The position numbers and the translations under genes were made by a program. The notes under the pieces were generated by a model that had not been told where the DNA came from, ran no database searches, and saw only the letters and a list, made by a program, of their open reading frames with translations. From Fidelibacterota bacterium (GTDB lineage: Bacteria > Fidelibacterota > Marinisomatia > Marinisomatales > TCS55): DNA of 18,719 nucleotides. The DNA lies in NCBI GenBank assembly GCA_027251445.1, contig JAPNQO010000054.1, forward strand, positions 1 through 18,719, in the 5' to 3' direction. Shown here piece by piece: positions 1 through 8,910 of this stretch (its first letter is position 1; each line of letters starts with the position of its first letter).

Positions 1-464
1 ATAATTTTTTCACCAATCTTTAATGCGTCTGAAAATTCTAAATCATTCCAAAACTCTATATGAGATTTTACTATATTATAATTTCTCCTCTTAAAATGAT
101 CCCTAGCTTTTTTCCCAATACAAAATAAATCAACATTATCCTTACCAATGTCATTGATTTCAGACTCAGCTTTCTTTACTACATTAGTATTAAAAGAACC
201 TGCAAGACCTCTATCAGAGGTAACTACAACATATCCAACTCGTTGAATAGGTCTGATGTCTAATAACGGCAAAAGATCACGATCTACATCTGGCAATAAA
301 TGATGAATTACATCTACTAAACGTTTTGTATAAGGACGTGCCTGCTCCATTCTTTCTTGAGCTTTACGCATTTTCGCAGCAGCTACCATTTTCATTGCTT
401 TAGTAACCTTTTGTATACTTCTTACAGATTTAATCCGATCTCGTATGTCTTTTAAATTTGCCAT
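1..464 (-). CDS. atpG: F1Fo ATP synthase subunit gamma (5' part; runs off the window's left edge)
   Basis: Not in the ORF track. Manual translation from ATG at 464 gives MANLKDIRDRIKSVRSIQKVTKAMKMVAAAKMRKAQERMEQARPY..., with VTSDRGLAGSFN later. These are classic gamma motifs. Starts 7 nt after the atpA stop. Confidence 0.97.
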   Translation of the reverse strand, partial: MANLKDIRDRIKSVRSIQKVTKAMKMVAAAKMRKAQERMEQARPYTKRLVDVIHHLLPDVDRDLLPLLDIRPIQRVGYVVVTSDRGLAGSFNTNVVKKAESEINDIGKDNVDLFCIGKKARDHFKRRNYNIVKSHIEFWNDLEFSDALKIGEKI

Positions 465-471
465 TTAAATA

Positions 472-1995
472 TTATGCTATAAATCCCTCTTTAAATTGAC
501 TTATTGATTTGTCCAAAACATCTGACATTTCTTCTGACATATCACCTTCAACTCTCAATTTTTCTAGTTCTTTTGAATTATTCGCATCTAAATAGTCAAA
601 TAAAGCAGATTCAAAATCAGAAACTTTATCTAAAGGAATATCATCCAGATGCCCCTTTGCGCCTGCAAATATAATTGCTATCTGTTTATCAATATCCATT
701 GGTGAATACTGCTTTTGTTTTAATATCTCAACCATACGCTCACCACGTGTCAACTGTGCAAGAGTACTTTTATCTAAATCAGATCCAAATTTTGCAAATG
801 CTTCAAGCTCTCTAAATTGAGCTAAATCTAACCTTAGTGTTCCAGCAATACTTTTCATTGCCTTCACTTGAGCATTACCCCCCACACGAGATACAGATAA
901 ACCTACATCAATAGCAGGGCGCACACCTGAATTAAATAGATTAGTCTCTAGATATATCTGTCCATCAGTTATTGATATAACATTAGTAGGAATGTAAGCA
1001 GCAACATCCCCTTCTTGTGTTTCAATAATTGGTAAGGCTGTAAGAGAACCTCCTCCAAGTTCTTCAGATAATTTTGATGCACGTTCAAGTAATCTACTAT
1101 GAAGATAAAAAACATCTCCAGGATACGCTTCACGACCTGGAGGCCTACGTAGCACAAGCGACATTTGACGATATGCAACAGCTTGTTTAGATAAATCATC
1201 ATAAATAATTAGAGCATGCTTCCCATTATCTCTAAAATATTCTCCCATAGCACAACCTGAATACGGAGCAATAAATTGCAGTGGTGCTGCATCAGATGCA
1301 TTTGCAGCTACAACAGTTGTATAATCCATTGCACCTGCTTCTTCGAGCTCAGAAACAATAGATGCTACAGTTGACGCTTTTTGTCCAATTGCTACATAAA
1401 TACAAAAAACAGGTTCGTTAGTTTCATGAGTATATTTCTGATTAATAATAGTATCTACAGCAATTGCCGTTTTCCCGGTTTGGCGATCACCAATAATTAA
1501 CTCTCTTTGACCTCTACCAATTGGAACCATACTATCTATTGGCTTAATACCTGTTTGAAGTGGTTGTTTAACTGGATGGCGAGCCATTACGCCAAGTGCT
1601 TTTCTTTCAATTGGAAGTGAATCTTTTGAATTAATGGATCCTTTTCCATCCATTGCTTGCCCTAATGGGTCTACTACGCGCCCTACCATGGCATCCCCTA
1701 CAGGAACTTCAACTACACGACCTGTTCGTTTTGCTAAATCTCCTTCTTTAACTAAACTACTATCACCAAATAATACAAGTCCAACATTGTCCTCTTCTAA
1801 ATTCAATGCCATTCCAAATGTATCATTTGGTAGTTCAACTAATTCTGAACTCATTACGTTCTCTAAACCAGAGACTCTGGCGACACCATCACCAACTGAA
1901 ATAATTTCACCTACCTCACTTACGTCAACTGAACCTTCAAATTTTGCAATTTGTTCTTTTAATAATGCCGTAATGTTATCTGTGTTAATATCCAT
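472..1995 (-). CDS. atpA: F1Fo ATP synthase subunit alpha
   Basis: Walker [32 protein letters not shown] and [12 protein letters not shown] motifs; 507 aa. Confidence 0.99.
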   Translation of the reverse strand: MDINTDNITALLKEQIAKFEGSVDVSEVGEIISVGDGVARVSGLENVMSSELVELPNDTFGMALNLEEDNVGLVLFGDSSLVKEGDLAKRTGRVVEVPVGDAMVGRVVDPLGQAMDGKGSINSKDSLPIERKALGVMARHPVKQPLQTGIKPIDSMVPIGRGQRELIIGDRQTGKTAIAVDTIINQKYTHETNEPVFCIYVAIGQKASTVASIVSELEEAGAMDYTTVVAANASDAAPLQFIAPYSGCAMGEYFRDNGKHALIIYDDLSKQAVAYRQMSLVLRRPPGREAYPGDVFYLHSRLLERASKLSEELGGGSLTALPIIETQEGDVAAYIPTNVISITDGQIYLETNLFNSGVRPAIDVGLSVSRVGGNAQVKAMKSIAGTLRLDLAQFRELEAFAKFGSDLDKSTLAQLTRGERMVEILKQKQYSPMDIDKQIAIIFAGAKGHLDDIPLDKVSDFESALFDYLDANNSKELEKLRVEGDMSEEMSDVLDKSISQFKEGFIA

Positions 1996-2012
1996 AATTT
2001 CCCTTAAATAAA

Positions 2013-2552
2013 TTATTGTTGAATTAAATCTTTCCTAAGATTTTCCATTTTTGTTTTAATTGAAGCATCTAAAAAAACATTGTCAATTCTTAGCTTTAAA
2101 CCACCTATTAAAGAAGAATCGACTAACGTAGAAAATTCTGTGTTTTTACCTATAATTTTCTCTATCTGTTTTTTAAGCTCTTCTTTTTCTTCTTTAGATA
2201 ATTCATCTGCAGTATGTGCTGAAACTGTTGCAATATTTAATTCATTCTTTACCAATGAATTAAAATAAAAAGAAAAATTTCGTAAAAAGATGATTGGATT
2301 ATCATCAGCATACAAAACAATCAATTCTCTTACAATAGGGTGAAGCAAATCCTTAAAAACAGAATGAATTAATTCACCTTTTTGATCCATTGAGAATCTT
2401 TTAGACTGAAGAAAACCACGCAATTGAGCATTATCTTTTAAAAGAAAGATTATCGTACTAATCGATGCTTGGACGTCTGCAATTACATTTTGTTCTTTGG
2501 AAATTTTCATAACCACAGAAGCAATATTTTTAGTTTTTTCCTTATGCTTCAT
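2013..2552 (-). CDS. atpH: F1Fo ATP synthase subunit delta
   Basis: Lies between atpF and atpA; C-terminal [23 protein letters not shown] is the OSCP/delta motif; overlaps atpF by 11 nt; N-terminus is divergent. Confidence 0.93.
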   Translation of the reverse strand: MKHKEKTKNIASVVMKISKEQNVIADVQASISTIIFLLKDNAQLRGFLQSKRFSMDQKGELIHSVFKDLLHPIVRELIVLYADDNPIIFLRNFSFYFNSLVKNELNIATVSAHTADELSKEEKEELKKQIEKIIGKNTEFSTLVDSSLIGGLKLRIDNVFLDASIKTKMENLRKDLIQQ

Positions 2553-3045
2553 ATCCTTTTATATGCTTTAATGATTCATTAATTAATGATTTATTATCTT
2601 CTTCATTAAGATTCTTTTTTACTAATTTTTCAGCAATAGACAATGATAAACCAACCACTTCCCCCTTTATTTCAGCAATAGCTTTATCTTTTTCTACCTG
2701 TATTTGCTCCTTTGCCTGCTCTAAGTTTGTGACAGCCTCTTCTTTTGCTTTAAGTAAAGTACTCTCTTTCAATTGATCAGCGGCTTTTTTCCCTTCGCTT
2801 ACAATTGCTTGCGCTTCAGATCTTGCCTGTGCAATTATTTCATCTCCCTCAGTTGTTAAACGTTCAAGCTCTTTACGTGCTTTCTCCGCATTTTCAAGTG
2901 AGTTTGTAATTTCATCCTCCCTTTTTTCTAATGCATTTAATAAGGGTTTCCAAGCAAACTTAGATAACAACGTTAGAAGAATTAAAAAGGTTATAATAGT
3001 CCAGACAAATAATCCTGGATCCAGTTGTACTAGTGGATTATCCAC
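2542..3045 (-). CDS. atpF: Fo subunit b
   Basis: N-terminal TM (DPGLFVWTIITFLILLTLLSKFAWKPLL..LEKRE) followed by a long charged helix; GTG start with AAGGAG RBS 6 nt upstream. Confidence 0.97.
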   Translation of the reverse strand: MDNPLVQLDPGLFVWTIITFLILLTLLSKFAWKPLLNALEKREDEITNSLENAEKARKELERLTTEGDEIIAQARSEAQAIVSEGKKAADQLKESTLLKAKEEAVTNLEQAKEQIQVEKDKAIAEIKGEVVGLSLSIAEKLVKKNLNEEDNKSLINESLKHIKGYEA

Positions 3046-3081
3046 AATAAGCTCCTTTTGATATTTATTATTACAATCTAA

Positions 3082-3306
3082 TTATTTCATTAAAACAATT
3101 AGAAGAACAAATACTTCAGCTAGGATAGCAACACCTTCAAGTAAGAATAAAGGTAGATTTACAGCCCCAGTGATTTTGTCTGCTGCTTCAGGTTGTCTAG
3201 CAATTCCATCTGCAGCTGCTGCTGCAAAACGACCAATCCCTAAACCTGCACCTACAACAATAATACCTAAGCCAATCGCGGCTCCAAAATAATGAAGAAC
3301 TTCCAT
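3082..3306 (-). CDS. atpE: Fo subunit c
   Basis: GxGxGxG (GAGLGIG), RQPE loop, essential Glu in LLEGVA; GAGGT RBS. Confidence 0.97.
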   Translation of the reverse strand: MEVLHYFGAAIGLGIIVVGAGLGIGRFAAAAADGIARQPEAADKITGAVNLPLFLLEGVAILAEVFVLLIVLMK

Positions 3307-3330
3307 TATTTTACCTCTCTTTCATTTTAG

Positions 3331-4260
3331 TTAATGATGAACGTTAATGGCCATGCCTATAAACACAGCCGATAATAGCGTAAAAACATACGCCTGTACA
3401 ATTACAACAATTATTTCTAAACCAGAAATTGCAGCTGCCATAGGAACAGAAATAATGGCAACACCAATACCCGCTAAAACACTGTGAAACATATCTGCAA
3501 AAATAGCCATAAATGATAAGATTGCTAATAGCGCAATATGACCTCCTGTCATATTAGCAGCCAATCGCATAGTTAGAGCAAAAGGTTTCACAAACATACC
3601 TATTATTTCAATAGGAATAAGAATAACATATACAAAAGCTGGAAGCCCATGAGGAACAAGATTTTTCCAATGTTGCACAAATCCATGTGCGCGAACTCCT
3701 GCAATAATTATAGAAGAGAAAGTGATAAATGCTAAAGCTGCGGTTACATTAAAATTACCAGTAGCAGTTGGGCCCCCATGTAATAATCCATTAATAAAAT
3801 TATGATTATCACTATATGGTACATGTAAAATAAATCTATTGATAACCCCAAGCAGATCAAAGATAGGTATCATACCAATTGCATTGGCGAAGAAAATAAA
3901 AAATAAGAATGTCAGTATAAGTGGAGCCCAGTTATTAACCCATTTAGAACCAACATTTGGTTTTACAATAGTATCACGAACAAAGGTTACAATAATTTCA
4001 ATAAAATTCATGAGACCAGATGGAATTAATTTATTTTGCTTAACGAATTTTTGAACAGGAATGATCACAAATAAACCAACAGAAACAGCTACAATCCATA
4101 ACATAAGCACATGTTTTGTTACAGACATATCTATATTATATAGATGAGGTAAGTGCAGGATAGGATGTTCTATATCTGAGTTGGAAACATGGTGAATAAT
4201 ATTATCACCAACTCGTTCCATCACACTTACCGCTTCATGGTCACCAGAGCTACCTAACAT
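3331..4260 (-). CDS. atpB: Fo subunit a
   Basis: KPFALTMRLAANMTGGH (essential Arg), LEIIVVIVQAYVFTLLS, TATGNFNVT; N-terminal IIHH extension. Confidence 0.97.
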   Translation of the reverse strand: MLGSSGDHEAVSVMERVGDNIIHHVSNSDIEHPILHLPHLYNIDMSVTKHVLMLWIVAVSVGLFVIIPVQKFVKQNKLIPSGLMNFIEIIVTFVRDTIVKPNVGSKWVNNWAPLILTFLFFIFFANAIGMIPIFDLLGVINRFILHVPYSDNHNFINGLLHGGPTATGNFNVTAALAFITFSSIIIAGVRAHGFVQHWKNLVPHGLPAFVYVILIPIEIIGMFVKPFALTMRLAANMTGGHIALLAILSFMAIFADMFHSVLAGIGVAIISVPMAAAISGLEIIVVIVQAYVFTLLSAVFIGMAINVHH

Positions 4261-4277
4261 ATAATCTTAAAATATAA

Positions 4278-4634
4278 TCAACTGTTATTTATAAATGATT
4301 TTAAAACATAAGCTTCTGTTAAATGAAGCATTAAAAAATAGCTTGTGAAGCTAATAATAAATGGTATCGGATTAAAAGACATAAAACTAAAAATAGTGAT
4401 TATTATTATTCCATAAAGAATCATTTTTGTTATCATAGCAAAACTAAAATATTTTGTTAGGTTTAATGAACCTTTATTATGAAAAAAATGAGTGAGCGAA
4501 ACAGAAAATAAAAAAATAATCCAGGGGAAAATCATCCCTAAAAATATCTCTCTACTCATAGCAGGAAAAAAAGAGCTTAATAACCCCCATGTTCCAAAGC
4601 AAATCATGGTAATGTATATAATTAACCTCATCAT
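4278..4634 (-). CDS. atpI: AtpI-like four-TM ATP synthase accessory protein
   Basis: 118 aa with four hydrophobic segments, directly upstream of atpB; ...MITKMILY... and ...PFIISFTSYF...LHLTEA resemble AtpI-type proteins. The call is largely positional. Confidence 0.65.
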   Translation of the reverse strand: MMRLIIYITMICFGTWGLLSSFFPAMSREIFLGMIFPWIIFLFSVSLTHFFHNKGSLNLTKYFSFAMITKMILYGIIIITIFSFMSFNPIPFIISFTSYFLMLHLTEAYVLKSFINNS

Positions 4635-4877
4635 TTATTTAGGCCACAAAGTTTTTGCTAATTCATAAAAGCCTATTACCAATCCAATAATAAGCCCAAA
4701 TAATGTAAACCATGGCAAAGTATCATAACGAGAATCAAGATAATATCCAAAAATACAAAACAAAGTCACTCCACCTATTAATGTATATGAAGCGGATGCA
4801 GCTGGGGCTGATTGTGCTAAAAATCTCTGAATATAATAGAAATAATTCTTACTAGGGGTTCCCTTTGGTTCAGGCAT
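4635..4877 (-). CDS. atpZ: AtpZ/AtpI family (ATPase gene 1) two-TM protein
   Basis: GYYLDSRYDTLPWFTLFGLIIGLVIGFYEL matches the family's G..lD.....P.....G...G...G pattern; located at the head of the atp genes. Confidence 0.85.
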   Translation of the reverse strand: MPEPKGTPSKNYFYYIQRFLAQSAPAASASYTLIGGVTLFCIFGYYLDSRYDTLPWFTLFGLIIGLVIGFYELAKTLWPK

Positions 4878-5286
4878 TTGGATCGGCGGGTGAAGCCATG
4901 GTAAATCTAGGCTTTGGTTCCTTTAGAGATGAATCAATAGTATTCTCTTTATTACCAATAACACTACATGAACCTTGAAATTGAGCACCATCTTCAATTA
5001 TTAGACTTGAGTATAATAAATCACCAATTATTTCAGATTTTCTGCCCAAAACAATTTTATTAGCCACAGAAATATCTCCTTTTAAGCTACCGCCAATATG
5101 AGCATCGCTTGCTTGAACATTGCCAAATACTTTACCAGAAATAGTAATCCGTAAAGGCCCATCTGTTTGTATATCTCCATATACAGTACCATAAATAATG
5201 ATTCCACCTTTTAAGGAGATTGGGCCGTTTACTACTGCTCCATTTCCAATCATTGTTTGAACATTTTTAAAATCTATTTTAGCCAT
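4870..5286 (-). CDS. Bactofilin (polymer-forming cytoskeletal protein, CcmA/BacA family)
   Basis: TMIGNGAVVNGPI...IYGTVYGDI...GKVFGNV...IGGSLKGDI...IIGDL.YSSLIIEDGAQFQGSC is the bactofilin beta-helix pattern; overlaps atpZ by 8 nt. Confidence 0.95.
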   Translation of the reverse strand: MAKIDFKNVQTMIGNGAVVNGPISLKGGIIIYGTVYGDIQTDGPLRITISGKVFGNVQASDAHIGGSLKGDISVANKIVLGRKSEIIGDLLYSSLIIEDGAQFQGSCSVIGNKENTIDSSLKEPKPRFTMASPADPNA

Positions 5287-5287
5287 T

Positions 5288-6082
5288 TTACTCTACACTT
5301 AAATTTTTCTCATTGTACTCAGGGAAGAATTCCAGAGGATCCAAAGGATTCGATCCCTCCCAAACTTCAAAATGTAAGTGTGGACCAGAAGAAATACCAG
5401 TATTTCCTGCAAGTGAAATCACATCACCACGCTTTACAATATCACGTTTTTCTACAAGATTAACTTGATTATGACCATAAAATGTAAAATAATCGTTTCC
5501 ATGATAAATAATTAACATATTTCCTAAGTCAGTTGACCAGCCAGAAAAGATGACTACTCCTGATGCTGATGCAACAACTGGATCACCTTCTTTTACAGAA
5601 ATATCAATGCCATAATGATTACTTTTCCATATATGAGGCCGAATAATCATTCTCTGAGTTATATACCCATCAATTGGTGCCTTTGTAGGGATATTACTAA
5701 TTTGATTTGTTGAATACTCACTACTTCTATTATTTATTGATGAAACTCCACTGATACTATCTAAATCATCCGTAAAAGAATATAAATCATTATCAGATCC
5801 AAGATTTTTTCTTAAAAGCTCATCCATTTGTTGCAGGCGTTGTAAATCATGGGACAGTTCCATTACCTTTAATCTTTCAGCCGCAAGCGTATTATAATCT
5901 TCTTTCATTTTTTGATATTCAATTGATTTTGGAATCAATAAATAGCCAGCAAACAAAATTATAGTAAAAATAGAAATTATCGTAAATACGCTAAGTAATA
6001 ACCAGCTTCTTCTGAATGAAAAACTTTTTCCTTCTGACTCGTTATCAGGAATAAGTAATACTGTATATTTATTTGGTTTCAT
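5288..6082 (-). CDS. Membrane-anchored M23 family peptidoglycan endopeptidase
   Basis: N-terminal TM (about aa 27-50), coiled coil, C-terminal M23 domain with HYGID (HxxxD), YGHN and GPHLHFEV (HxH) zinc motifs. Confidence 0.95.
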   Translation of the reverse strand: MKPNKYTVLLIPDNESEGKSFSFRRSWLLLSVFTIISIFTIILFAGYLLIPKSIEYQKMKEDYNTLAAERLKVMELSHDLQRLQQMDELLRKNLGSDNDLYSFTDDLDSISGVSSINNRSSEYSTNQISNIPTKAPIDGYITQRMIIRPHIWKSNHYGIDISVKEGDPVVASASGVVIFSGWSTDLGNMLIIYHGNDYFTFYGHNQVNLVEKRDIVKRGDVISLAGNTGISSGPHLHFEVWEGSNPLDPLEFFPEYNEKNLSVE

Positions 6083-6090
6083 GAAATTAA

Positions 6091-6954
6091 TTAATCAATA
6101 GATCTCAATAAATCTAAAATTCTATCAAAGTCATCATCAGAGAAAAAATGTATTTCAATATCTCCTCCTTTTTTTGAATGATGAATTTCTACCTTAGTAC
6201 CTAATATTGTAATCAATTCGTCCTCTATCATTTTTAAAGGGGAACTTGACTTCCTTATTTTTTTAGAAGTAACACTTACCTTTTTAGTTGATTTTCCTTT
6301 TGCAATTGCTTCGGCTGCGCGAACACTTAGATTCTTTGAGACTATCAAATCAAATAATCTGTTCATCCCTCTGCTTGTTTTCATCATTAGGATAGCCCGT
6401 CCATGCCCTGCAGAGATAGTTTGACTACGTAAACTGTTTATTATATTTCTAGGGAGCTTTAATAATCTTAAGGCGTTTGAAACTGTTACGCGTTTTTTAC
6501 CAACTGCCTTTGCTATACTATCTTGAGAATGATTATACTTACTTTGTAAAACTGCAAAACCTTCAGCTTCATCAATAGGATTTAAATTTTCTCGTTGAAT
6601 ATTTTCAATCAATGCTATTTCCATTAATTCTGATTCATCTGAAATAGATACTATATATCCAGGAATTTCTTTCAATCCTGCATGTTTTGAAGCTCTCACT
6701 CTTCTTTCACCAGCAATTAAAATAAATTGGTCATTATCTTTTTTGACTGTAATAGGAGTAATAACTCCTTTTTTTCTAATAGAAGCAATCAGTTCTTGAA
6801 GACTTTTTTTATCTAACCCATCTTTTCTTGGCTGTAATGGATTGGTCACTATATTATTAATAGGAATTGGCATAACTCCAGATTCTGATGGTGGTTTATT
6901 AGATGTTCCTTGAATTAATGCTTCTAACCCTTTACCCAGACGTTTAGTGGCCAT
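6091..6954 (-). CDS. parB: Chromosome partitioning protein ParB/Spo0J
   Basis: LGKGLEALI ParA-interacting peptide, NPLQPR, IAGERRVRA (CTPase box), ALIENIQRENLNPIDEA and an HTH. ATG at 6954 is preferred over TTG at 6960 because GAGGAG lies 10 nt upstream. Confidence 0.97.
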   Translation of the reverse strand: MATKRLGKGLEALIQGTSNKPPSESGVMPIPINNIVTNPLQPRKDGLDKKSLQELIASIRKKGVITPITVKKDNDQFILIAGERRVRASKHAGLKEIPGYIVSISDESELMEIALIENIQRENLNPIDEAEGFAVLQSKYNHSQDSIAKAVGKKRVTVSNALRLLKLPRNIINSLRSQTISAGHGRAILMMKTSRGMNRLFDLIVSKNLSVRAAEAIAKGKSTKKVSVTSKKIRKSSSPLKMIEDELITILGTKVEIHHSKKGGDIEIHFFSDDDFDRILDLLRSID

Positions 6955-7711
6955 TATCAATTATCTCCTCAATTAACTTCATGTAATCCTGTGTCCCTAC
7001 TGAATTTGCATCGTATAATAAAGCTGGTTTACCATAGCTAGGTGCTTCACCAAGTCGTACATTTCTATGAATTACAGTTTCAAATAACTTATCACCAAAA
7101 TAACTCTTAACCTCATCTAAAACTTGTTTAGATAGATTCAATCTAGCATCAAACATTGTTATTAAAACTCCTGCAATATTTAATTTTTTATTTAAATGTT
7201 GTTGGACTAATCGAACAGTATTTAATAATTGGCCTAAACCTTCTAAAGCATAATACTCTGCTTGGATAGGAATGATTAATTCATCTGCAGCAGTTAAACA
7301 ATTTAATGTTAATAAACCAAGAGATGGTGGGCAATCAATAATTATATAGTCATATTTCTTTTTAACAGTTTTTAATGCTTTTTTTAGTTCTAATTCTCTT
7401 CCTATAACGCTCACTAACTCGATTTCAGCTCCAACCAGGTCATTGGTTGAAAGGACCGAATCTAAATATTTAAATTCAGTTTTTGATATAACCTCTTTAA
7501 TAGGAATTTGCCCTACCAATGTATCATATATATTATATCCTGATTTATTAATAATTATTTCACTGATTCCCGTTGAAGCATTTGCTTGAGGATCCATATC
7601 AATAATTAATGTTTTAAACTCACTAACCGCAAGACTTGCAGCAATATTTACAGAAGAAGTTGTTTTACCAACTCCTCCTTTTTGATTTGTTAAAGCGATT
7701 ATTTTGGCCAT
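6944..7711 (-). CDS. parA: Chromosome partitioning ATPase ParA/Soj
   Basis: Deviant Walker A NQKGGVGKTT, DMDPQANAS, IIDCPPSLG, QAEYYALEGL, EAPSYGKP. Confidence 0.98.
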   Translation of the reverse strand: MAKIIALTNQKGGVGKTTSSVNIAASLAVSEFKTLIIDMDPQANASTGISEIIINKSGYNIYDTLVGQIPIKEVISKTEFKYLDSVLSTNDLVGAEIELVSVIGRELELKKALKTVKKKYDYIIIDCPPSLGLLTLNCLTAADELIIPIQAEYYALEGLGQLLNTVRLVQQHLNKKLNIAGVLITMFDARLNLSKQVLDEVKSYFGDKLFETVIHRNVRLGEAPSYGKPALLYDANSVGTQDYMKLIEEIIDNGH

Positions 7712-7883
7712 TATTATAATTAAGGAATATATTTATATACCAACAAAACAAGAGTAATTTAATTTGGTAATAAAGGTTTAACAAGTAGGTTGCTTGATAT
7801 ATTATTAAACTTTTATACGTTTAAGTAAAGATTTTTAGAATGAAATCATTAGTAAAAAATATTATTTTCTGATTAGAGTATCA

Positions 7884-8909
7884 ATGAAAGCAATTGTAAA
7901 AAAATATTCTAAACACGGGTTAAGTATTGAAGATATGCCTATACCTGAAATTGGCACAAATGACTTATTGATTAAGGTTTTGAAAACTGCAATTTGTGGA
8001 ACAGACAATCATATTTATAAATGGGACAAATGGGCTCAAGAGCATATTAAACCTCCCATAATAATAGGGCATGAATTTATTGGAATAGTAGAAAATATTG
8101 GTGATGGTGTAACTCATTATAAAAAAGGAGATTTAGTTTCTGGAGAAGGTCATATAACATGTGGATATTGTCGTAATTGTCGTGCAGGAATGAGACATTT
8201 ATGTCATAAAACTGTTGGAATTGGAATTGATCGAAATGGAGCATTCGCTGAATATTTGTCTCTACCTGAGAGCAATATTTGGCCAGTTCACAAAGATATA
8301 AGCATTGATATAGCCTCATTTTTTGATCCGTTAGGGAATGCAGTTCATTGTGCTCTAAGTTATTCAATGGTTGCAGAAGATGTCTTAATTACTGGAGCAG
8401 GACCCATTGGATGTATGGCAGCTTCAATATGTAAAGTTCTAGGAGCAAGGAATGTGGTTGTAAGCGATAATAATAGTTACCGATTAAATCTAGCAAGTAA
8501 AATGGGTGCAGATAAGGTAGTAAATATAAGTAAAGAAAATATTGAAGACTGTTTTCAAGAATTAAAAATTTCTAATGGTTTTGATATAGGTCTTGAAATG
8601 TCAGGAAATCCCGATGCATTAAAAGATATGATACGTACAATGTATCATGGTGGGAAAATTGCGCTATTGGGCATTCTTCCAAATGACACGATGGTCAAAT
8701 GGGATGAAATAATTTTTAAAGGACTCAAAATAAAAGGAGTATATGGAAGGGAAATGTTTGAATCGTGGTATAAAATGACTCAACTAATCCGTGGTGGGCT
8801 TGATGTTTCTCCAATAATAACACACAAATTTACACCTGACAATTTCCAATCAGCTTTTGAAAAAGTTGAAAGTGGTAAATGTGGCAAGGTAATACTTGAT
8901 TGGGACTAA
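7884..8909 (+). CDS. tdh: L-threonine 3-dehydrogenase (Zn-dependent MDR)
   Basis: ICGTD.HIY.WD.WA, IGHEF, structural Zn site CGYCRNC...C, FDPLGNAVH, GAGPIG, YGREMFESWYKM, GKVILDW; adjacent to kbl. Confidence 0.97.
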   Translation: MKAIVKKYSKHGLSIEDMPIPEIGTNDLLIKVLKTAICGTDNHIYKWDKWAQEHIKPPIIIGHEFIGIVENIGDGVTHYKKGDLVSGEGHITCGYCRNCRAGMRHLCHKTVGIGIDRNGAFAEYLSLPESNIWPVHKDISIDIASFFDPLGNAVHCALSYSMVAEDVLITGAGPIGCMAASICKVLGARNVVVSDNNSYRLNLASKMGADKVVNISKENIEDCFQELKISNGFDIGLEMSGNPDALKDMIRTMYHGGKIALLGILPNDTMVKWDEIIFKGLKIKGVYGREMFESWYKMTQLIRGGLDVSPIITHKFTPDNFQSAFEKVESGKCGKVILDWD

Positions 8910-8910
8910 C

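Noticed and set aside
969..2268. Track ORFs 969-1202(-), 1634-2011(+) and 2080-2268(+)
   Set aside because: Off-frame or antisense shadows of atpA/atpH with no recognisable motifs.
3082..4877. N-ATPase or Na+-coupled ATP synthase
   Set aside because: Gene order is the standard B-E-F-H-A-G with a separate delta, not atpDCQRBEFAG, and subunit c lacks the Na+ ligands (has EG, not ES/T).
3839..5463. Track ORFs 3839-4054(+) and 5257-5463(+)
   Set aside because: Antisense to atpB and to the M23/bactofilin genes; no independent support.
7712..7883. AT-rich region upstream of parA as oriC or parS locus
   Set aside because: No DnaA-box cluster and no parS palindrome seen; best explained as a divergent promoter region whose boxes I cannot assign uniquely.
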